A program made the translations under genes and the position numbers. Shown one piece after another: positions 22,101 to 28,943 of a stretch of 32,000 nt of DNA (positions are counted from its first letter, which is position 1; every line of letters begins with the position of its first letter). This stretch comes from Candidatus Saccharimonadota bacterium (GTDB lineage: Bacteria > Patescibacteriota > Gracilibacteria > BD1-5 > UBA6164): positions 360,001 through 392,000 of the forward strand of contig CP042461.1 of the NCBI GenBank assembly GCA_004563595.2. Reading direction: 5' to 3'. The notes beneath the pieces were generated by a model, which searched no databases, was not told the DNA's origin, and saw only the letters and a list, made by a program, of their open reading frames with translations.

Positions 22101-25100
22101 ATTAACGCTGGTATTGATGTTGGTATTTCAAACGATTTCATTGGGTTCATAAGAGATGCACAACCAGATATTTGAGCTTTAGAATTTAATTCAGGTGGAG
22201 GATGATGAGATATTACAGCTCCAGTATTATCAAACTGAGCTCCAAGTTGAGAACAATCATCAGGAACAACGAATACAATATTAAGTATATCAACAGATGA
22301 GAACGCATTCTGTAAATATTCTACAACTGCAAATACGACATATGGATCAATGATAAATATATTTGCAACAACATGATTACAATGACATAGTGTGAGTATA
22401 TGAGGACTTTCAGATGGAGTATCATATGACTACTATGTTAGGTGTATAGATTGAAGTGGGAACGAAAATACTTCTGATTATACGATTAGTTTTTCAGTAG
22501 CATCTGGCATTCCAAGTTCAGACCCTACTACAAATCCACTTGCACATATAGGAGACTTTGAATACGTATGATGATTTACTTTTGGTTCAACATCATGAGT
22601 ATCAGACCTAAGTTATACCTCAGGGAAATTTGCTGTAAATCCTGCTTCAAATTCGGTTTTCATAGCCAGTCATACAAATCAAGATGCCTTATGAGAATTT
22701 AGTATTCCTGCGTTATCACTTGATTCAGATTATAATAATCTAAACAATGCAACACAAATACAGGACTTTGATTATGTACGTAATAGAGTATTAAATCCTG
22801 AAGCGCATGACGAATTATGATGAATGGCTGTAATTGGCAATAGTTTGTTATTTCATAGCTATACATATTACGATGCAGGTGGAACTAATGTTTGAACAAC
22901 ATCAGTAGTAAAAAATCTATCAGATCTAAAAAATTCTGTAATAGATGGAATATTTCCACTTGCATGAAGGGCTCATTTAATAAGTTGGGCATCATTGATA
23001 CCAACAGAATGGCAAACACTATTATGATGAGATTATATATCATGATCATCAAGCTCAATACCTATTAATTCGAGATCTAGTATGTGACCAAGTGCGTTTG
23101 CATTTCAATCAGATGATCTTTTGAATGCAACCGATACAAATGTAACTATACCGACTACTAAATTATTAGATTTTGGTTTAAGTAATGTATTAGCAAAGAC
23201 ACCTTCAGGGTGGGCAGAATATTGAGACTGGGATCTATATAATGCAAATGGAGATAATGATTTATGGACGGAAGATTCTTGAGCAGAATATGGATTTATA
23301 ATTCCATGAACCAGAACCTATGCAACGATCTGAATGTCATGAATGCATGAAAGTGGAGGATGATACAAGATTACTCAATCAGGTGCAACAGAAGCATGTT
23401 GATGACCATGTGCCTATGATCCACTTGATATGTATAACTATATATGGTTATGGGATGTAAATGATTTCTTAGATGTAAAAAATGGATTAAAACAATCATA
23501 CGAAGTAAAACCATACCAATATGGAAAATTTAATACTCCATTTGAATATAGACTCAATGGAACAAGAAAAAACTTAATTGCTGGTTGATCATATGATGAT
23601 GTATCAAACACATTGTATTTGAATTTAAACAGAGCAGATGGAGAGAATCATGCTGCTTGACCAGTAATCCTTGCCTACAAGATAAATGCGGTAGTAGATA
23701 CTACAGCAGCTATACTTTCAAACGGAACTCCAACTGGAGAACAAGCCTGAGGAACAACGAATGTAAATCTGGCACTTGATACTGATGAGAATGCAACATG
23801 TAAATATTCTACCGTTGCAAATACAGTATTCACAAGTATGACAAATACATTTACTACGACGTGAAATACATCACATTCTACAAATGTAACATGATTAACA
23901 GATGGGAATTCATATACATATTATGTAAGATGTATAGATGGGTATTTGAATGAAAACACAATAGATTACACACTCAATTTTTCAGTAGCGAACACTCCAG
24001 ACACAACAGCACCGATTCTTTCGAACGGAACCCCAAGTGGAGAACAAGCCTCAGGAACAAGTAACGTGAATCTGATACTCGATACCGATGAAAATGCAAC
24101 ATGTAGATACTCTCCAAATGCAAACACATCATATTGAGCAATGTGAAATACATTTACAACCACAGGGAATACAACACATACTACAAAAATTACATGACTG
24201 ACAGACGGAACATCACATACGTATTATGTAAGATGTATGGATGGAAATTCTAATGCAACAATAACAGATTACACACTGAACTTCTCTGTAGCGAATACTC
24301 CAGACACATGAGCACCATTTTTAAGTAATGGACTTCCAAATGGAGAACAAGCTTCAGGAACAACAAATGTAAATCTAACATTAGATACGAATGAAGCATC
24401 AACATGTAAATACTCAACAGTAGTAAATACAACGTATTCATCAATGACAGATATATTTACAACAGGAACCTGAGGAATCACACATACAGCAAATATAACA
24501 TGACTTACAGATGGAACATCACACGCATACTATGTAAGATGTATGGACACTGATTCAAATGAAAATACAATAGACTATACAATTAACTTTTCAGTAGCCA
24601 CAGCAAGTACAAATAGCTGATGAAGTTCATCAGGCTGAAGTTCAAGCTGAGGTTGAGGAGGTTGATGATGAGGATGAGGAAGTTATATCCCAACCTGTAA
24701 AGACGAACAACTCACATGTAAACTGATTCCATGATCGACAACGACTTACAAATGGTATGTACAAGACGAAGTATCATGTAAATATGGGAAACTATGAAGT
24801 CTCTGTTGAGAAGAAGATGTAGTAGAGTTGAATAGTGGATGAACATGAACATGAAGTAGTACAGACAGTACATGATGATGAACATTGAAGAAATACCATT
24901 CAGAAATGACAATCCTTCAATTGATAGAGAAGAGAGTGGACAAAGTAATCGAACAAAAGAAGAAAGATAATGATGACAAAGTAATAGAATACAGAAATGC
25001 TTTTATCAAAGACGTAGAGAATTATATATTAGCCAGACAAGCGAAACAAAGTACAAGAGAACACAAAGTGAAGATACTCGCAACGTTCAAACTCTTTGCA

Positions 25101-25409
25101 AAAGAGTTGAAGAAAGATAGGCTTGCTAAAACAAGTGAAAAGAAGAAATCTACCATAAAGAAATACATAGCTGTACACGAGGCAGTGTATACGCTTTGAG
25201 ATAGACTTGATAGCTTGATAATAAAGTACAATAAGGAGTCGAGTATAAAAGTGTTGTTTTTTAAGAATAAGTTGTTAAAAAGTATGGATTCATACATCAC
25301 AACAAAGAAGAACAAAGAAAAAGGGATAAATTACAAGATTAAATTAAAGATATTAAAAAGTAATATCGGAAAAACTTACAAAATATTCTTGAAAGGATTA
25401 AAGTCTTAA
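16167..25409 (+). CDS. Giant mosaic secreted surface protein, 3,080 aa
   Basis: I read every codon from ATG 16167 to TAA 25407-25409. There is no TAA/TAG in frame, and many TGA codons fall at Gly-like positions. Signal peptide MKNTVNKYLIGAILLLSFTFTSVNA. Domain order by eye: N-terminal ~430-aa domain; He_PIG-like Ig (LPAGVTLSNAGLLSGTPTELGIFNIEV); CNDGIDNDGNGKIDCADYAC motif; ~160-aa CBM-like domain; module R1; LamG/ConA-like domain (...NFDGSIDELKIYDEALSA); Gly linker; ~420-aa unknown domain A; R2; ~400-aa right-handed beta-helix-like domain; R3; domain A' (paralog of A); R4-R5-R6; Gly/Ser linker; small 4-Cys domain; ~175-aa Lys-rich tail. Confidence 0.85.
18330..18614 (+). repeat. 95-aa two-Cys beta-sandwich-like module, copy R1 (type A)
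   Basis: TAPVLSNGFPSGEQISGTTNTTLSISTDENAFCKYSTVVNTTYGSMINSFSTTGAQSHTVSVGGLTDGVSYTYYVRCIDGDSNENTNDYIISFSV. Confidence 0.85.
20688..20972 (+). repeat. 95-aa module, copy R2 (type A)
   Basis: TSPFLSNGTPSGEQVSGTTNVTLSVSTNENAFCKYSTTSNIAYGSMTNSFSTTGGQSHTISVGGFTDGNSYRYYVRCIDGSLNENASDYVINFSI. Same length and register as R1. Confidence 0.85.
22215..22499 (+). repeat. 95-aa module, copy R3 (type A)
   Basis: TAPVLSNGAPSGEQSSGTTNTILSISTDENAFCKYSTTANTTYGSMINIFATTGLQGHSVSIGGLSDGVSYDYYVRCIDGSGNENTSDYTISFSV. Long stretches are identical to R1 at the nucleotide level. Confidence 0.85.
23703..24596 (+). repeat. Tandem array of three modules (R4-R6, type B), exact 303-nt period
   Basis: Module starts are at 23703, 24006 and 24309. 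Each reads (T/G)A(A/P)xLSNGxPxGEQAxGTxNVNLxLDTxEx(A/S)TC(K/R)YS...TGLTDG(N/T)S(Y/H)xYYVRCxD...DYT(L/I)NFSV, joined by ANTPD(T) linkers. Confidence 0.9.
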
Positions 25410-25416
25410 TAATAAA

Positions 25417-25459
25417 AAAGACAAAAAACTACCGGCAAGTTCGGTGGTTTTTTGTCTTT
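25417..25459 (+). terminator. Strong terminator hairpin after giant gene
   Basis: An 18-bp stem, aaagacaaaaaactaccg / cggtggttttttgtcttt, with one G-U pair and a 7-nt loop. Confidence 0.75.
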
Positions 25460-25467
25460 GCAAAATT

Positions 25468-25495
25468 TTGACTAAAAGTAAAAAATAAATAAAAT
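25468..25495 (+). promoter_or_regulatory. Candidate htpG promoter (TTGACT-N16-TAAAAT)
   Basis: ttgact 25468-25473, 16-nt spacer, taaaat 25490-25495. Confidence 0.5.
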
Positions 25496-25496
25496 A

Positions 25497-25523
25497 TTAG
25501 CACTTGATTAATTTAAGTGCTAT
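25497..25523 (+). promoter_or_regulatory. CIRCE-like inverted repeat (putative HrcA operator) in front of htpG
   Basis: TTAGCACTT-gattaattt-AAGTGCTAT compared with the CIRCE consensus TTAGCACTC-N9-GAGTGCTAA: 8/9 and 7/9 arm matches with an exact 9-nt spacer. It starts 2 nt after the predicted -10 and ends 32 nt before the htpG ATG. Confidence 0.6.
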
Positions 25524-25554
25524 ATATTTAAGAATTTAAAATAAAAATAATAAC

Positions 25555-27447
25555 ATGACAAAACATAATTTTGAAGCAGAAACTTGAAAAGTATTAGAGC
25601 TTTTAACGCATTCGATTTACTCAAACAAAGAAATATTTTTAAGGGAATTGATTTCTAATTCTGCTGATGCGATTGATAAAGCAAGAATAAAATCATTAAC
25701 TGATACAACATTTTTAGGGGATGACAGTAAATTTGAAATTAAAATAAGAGTAGACAAAGAAAAAAATCTATTAATCATTGAGGATAATGGTATATGAATG
25801 ACAGCAGATGAACTTCATAAATGTATCTGAACAATTGCAAAATCATGAACATCAGAGTTTGTAGAAAAATTGAAAAAAGCAAAAGAGAATGCTGATAATA
25901 ATCTAATCTGACAATTTTGAGTCGGGTTTTATAGTGCTTTTATGGTGGCAGATAAAGTAGAATTAGAAACAAAATCTCCACTTGATGCAAAATCTCATAA
26001 ATGGATTTCAGATTGAAAATCAGAATATGAAGTAATTACATCAGAAAAAGAATCAAGAGGAACTATAGTAAAGTTATTTATTGATGAAGCAAATAAAGAA
26101 TTATTAGAAGAATGGAAGGTGAAAGAGCTCGTAAAAAAGTATTCAAACTACGTATGAGTACCAATTTTGATGGATATTGAAGAAAAAGATGATTCTGGAA
26201 AAGTAACGTGAACGAAACAAACGCAAATAAATGAGACAAAATCAATATGGACAAAGAGTAAATCAGAAATAAAAAAAGAAGAATATAATTCTTTTTACAA
26301 AACGACCTCAATGGATTTTAATGACCCATTGACTCACTTACATAATAATGTTGAAGGAGCTGTTAGCTATAAGTCATTGTTATATATCCCTTGTGAAACA
26401 AATATGTTTGCTGATATACGTGATCCTAATAAAGAATATTGACCAAAATTATATGTAAAAAATGTTCTTATTTTAGAAAATTCAAAAGAACTCCTTCCTG
26501 TGTGGCTTAGGTTTATATCAGGTGTAGTCGAAACTTCTGATATACCTTTAAATGTGAGCAGAGAAATGCTTCAATCAAACACAGTGTTAGATAAAATAAA
26601 AAAAGGTCTTACAAAAAAAGTAATTTCAGGAATGAAAAAATCACTTGAAAATGATACTGAAAATTATAATAAATTCTTGGAGAATTTCTGACAAGTATTA
26701 AAAGAATGAATATATTATGAATGAGATTTAAAAGAAGAAATCGCAGGAGTGGTAAAATTCAAAAGCTTACTACAAGGTAAAAATATTACTTTAGATGCAT
26801 ATTTAGAAGCTTGTAAAAGTACAGAAAAAAAAGAAATATATTATATAGTTTGAAAGAGCGAAGCAGAGGTTTTATCAAGTCCATATTTAGCACAATTTAG
26901 AGAAACTTCAACAGATGTTATACTATTTACTGACCCTATAGATGCATTTATAGTTCAAGCATTTACTGAATATAAATGACATAAGTTAAAGTCAATAACT
27001 GCAGGTGATATTCAATTAAAAGAAGAATCACAAGAAGAAAAAGAGAAAACGGAAAACACTAAAAAAGATTTTAAAGATTTCTTAGAACTCACAAAAAATA
27101 CTATTGGTTCTGATATACTTGAAAAAGTAGAATTAAATGAGAATTTGTGAGATGCGCTTTGAGCTCTAAAAACCCCAACAAATTGAGTGAATCCTCAAAT
27201 GGAAAAAATGATGAAATCAATGTGACAGGAAGTGCCAGTTCAAAAGAGAATTTTAGAATTGAATCCAAACAATGGATTAGTAAAAATAATGAAACAAGAA
27301 TTTCAAAATAATATAAAATCTGATAAATTACAAGAGATGATGAGTTATGCTTATGATCAAGCTATCCTTTTAGAAGGTTGAGAACTTGAAAATATGTGAG
27401 AATTTATTAAAAAAGTAAATAAATTCGCAGGGAATTATTTAAAATAG
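25555..27447 (+). CDS. htpG: Molecular chaperone HtpG (Hsp90), 630 aa
   Basis: [53 protein letters not shown] and [19 protein letters not shown] are all present, with conserved glycines written as TGA. TAG 27445-27447. Confidence 0.95.
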
Positions 27448-27474
27448 AAATTTAAAATATTTGATTTATGTTAT

Positions 27475-27510
27475 AAAAAATAAAAATACACCCTGTATTT
27501 TTATTTTTTA
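27475..27510 (+). terminator. Rho-independent terminator after htpG
   Basis: aaaaaataaaaataca ccc tgtatttttatttttt. Confidence 0.65.
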
Positions 27511-27521
27511 TTGCTCTAAAT

Positions 27522-27550
27522 TTGATTTATTTTTTTATATATAGTAAAAT
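27522..27550 (+). promoter_or_regulatory. Candidate promoter for pilin-FReD / giant-2 operon (TTGATT-N17-TAAAAT)
   Basis: ttgatt 27522-27527, 17-nt spacer, taaaat 27545-27550. It lies 38 nt upstream of ATG 27589. Confidence 0.4.
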
Positions 27551-27588
27551 CAAATATGTAATATATATATATATTAAAAAAGAGTCAC

Positions 27589-28914
27589 ATGAGAAAGCAA
27601 AATATAAATGGGCTTACATTTGTAGAGTTAATTGTTGTTATGGTAGTTGTGGCTATACTTTGAACAATGTGAATAGTTACATTTCAGTGATATTCGAAAG
27701 ATACAAGAGATACTGCTAGAGTAAGTGACTTAGAGCAAATTGATCAAGGTTTAGAGCTATATTTTGCAACTGAGTGAGATGTACCACTTCCAGAAAATAG
27801 TATAGAGATTACAGCTACTGGGAAAATAGTACAGTACCAATGAGATATACCAGATATTACTCTCTCCCTTATTTGATTTCAATGAAAAGGAGTAGATCCC
27901 AAAGATTGAACTCATTATGTATATACATCAGATGGGAAAAATTTTCAATTAATGTGACTTCTTGAGCAGGATAATTGAAATACGGCTATTTGAAAAAGGT
28001 ATCCTTTTTTTAAAGGATGAAAGCTAGGAATATTTATTGACAATACTACAGGTGAATCAATCCATGAAATATGAACAGGTATTGATTTAATTAGTACTAG
28101 TACAGTGTATAAGGTTTATGATAGTAATAATAAAAATGATTATTTTACTTGATCATCAGATACCTTATCAAGAAAGTTATCATATAGAATCAATGGAACT
28201 GCAAACTGTAAGGAAATATTAGAAAAGTGAGTAACAACTTTAGATGGAACATACACTACTGCTATAAGAGATGATGTCCCCATATCCGAGGTATACTGTG
28301 ATATGACTACTGATTGAGGTTGATGGACAGCTGTTGTAATGCTTGCAGATAACACGACTGTAAATATGTTTAAAACATGAACATCATGACTGGTCCCCTC
28401 TGTTACAGAAGATATATCGACTACTTGAGACCTAGGTTACTTTTGGGTTGATGATGAAAATAAAGATATATTGATGCGTTGATGGTCAAGTATGGGGGAG
28501 ATTGAAGACATATACAATTCTTGATCAGTGATTTATAATTTCATGAAAAGAGATTTAGAAAATTTAACACAACAGAAAAAACAAAATGATGCAACAGGGA
28601 AAGGAGAGAGATTTTCCAGCATTCCACTTACTCTGAAGTATATCAATAATTGACAGGAATTCCAAAGTTATACATACTGGTGAGAATCTGCATGAAGTAA
28701 AAATTCACATTATATTATGATTTCTGAACACGTATATTTTATAGATTTGTTTAAATGAAATGGCTACAATAACTGATGTCATAATGATGCTGAAACAGGA
28801 ACGGGGACAGTGTCATCAGATTTCTATGATTATATACAAACAGGACCTAGTCTAAATGAGCCATGTGCTTTGTATTTTAACTCACAAAACTACATGGTCG
28901 TATTCTTAAGATAA
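27589..28914 (+). CDS. Type IV pilin fused to a fibrinogen-related (FReD-like) globular domain, 441 aa
   Basis: ATG 27589 to TAA 28912-28914, every line checked in frame. The N-terminus MRKQNINGLTFVELIVVMVVVAILGTMGIVTFQGY is a prepilin motif. From about aa 205 the sequence reads NCKEILEKGVTTLDGTYTTAIRDDVPISEVYCDMTTDGGGWTAVVML, the hallmark CxEIxxxG...G.Y.I...VYCDMxTDGGGWT motif of fibrinogen C-terminal domains. Two of the three GGG glycines are TGA. Confidence 0.8.
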
Positions 28915-28943
28915 ACTTACTCACTATTATTAAAATTAAAAAA

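Noticed and set aside
23703-24596. Regularly spaced repeats (303-nt period), also at 30867-31757, considered as a possible CRISPR array or satellite.
   Set aside because: The unit is far too long for CRISPR repeats or spacers, there is no short direct repeat/unique spacer alternation, and the period is a multiple of 3, in frame and encoding a conserved protein module.
24885-25409. Track ORFs 24885-25199 and 25215-25409 as two independent small basic proteins.
   Set aside because: They are in the same frame as the giant gene and are separated from it and from each other only by TGA codons, with no TAA/TAG. No promoter or terminator is evident between them. I treat them as the C-terminal tail of the giant but flag the uncertainty in the findings.
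27522-27719. Track ORF 27522-27719 (65 aa, frame 0) upstream of and overlapping the pilin start.
   Set aside because: It is out of frame with the pilin gene, whose ATG at 27589 gives a canonical prepilin leader. The track ORF translation (MIYFFIYSKIKYVIYIYIKK...) is AT-rich noise spanning the predicted promoter.
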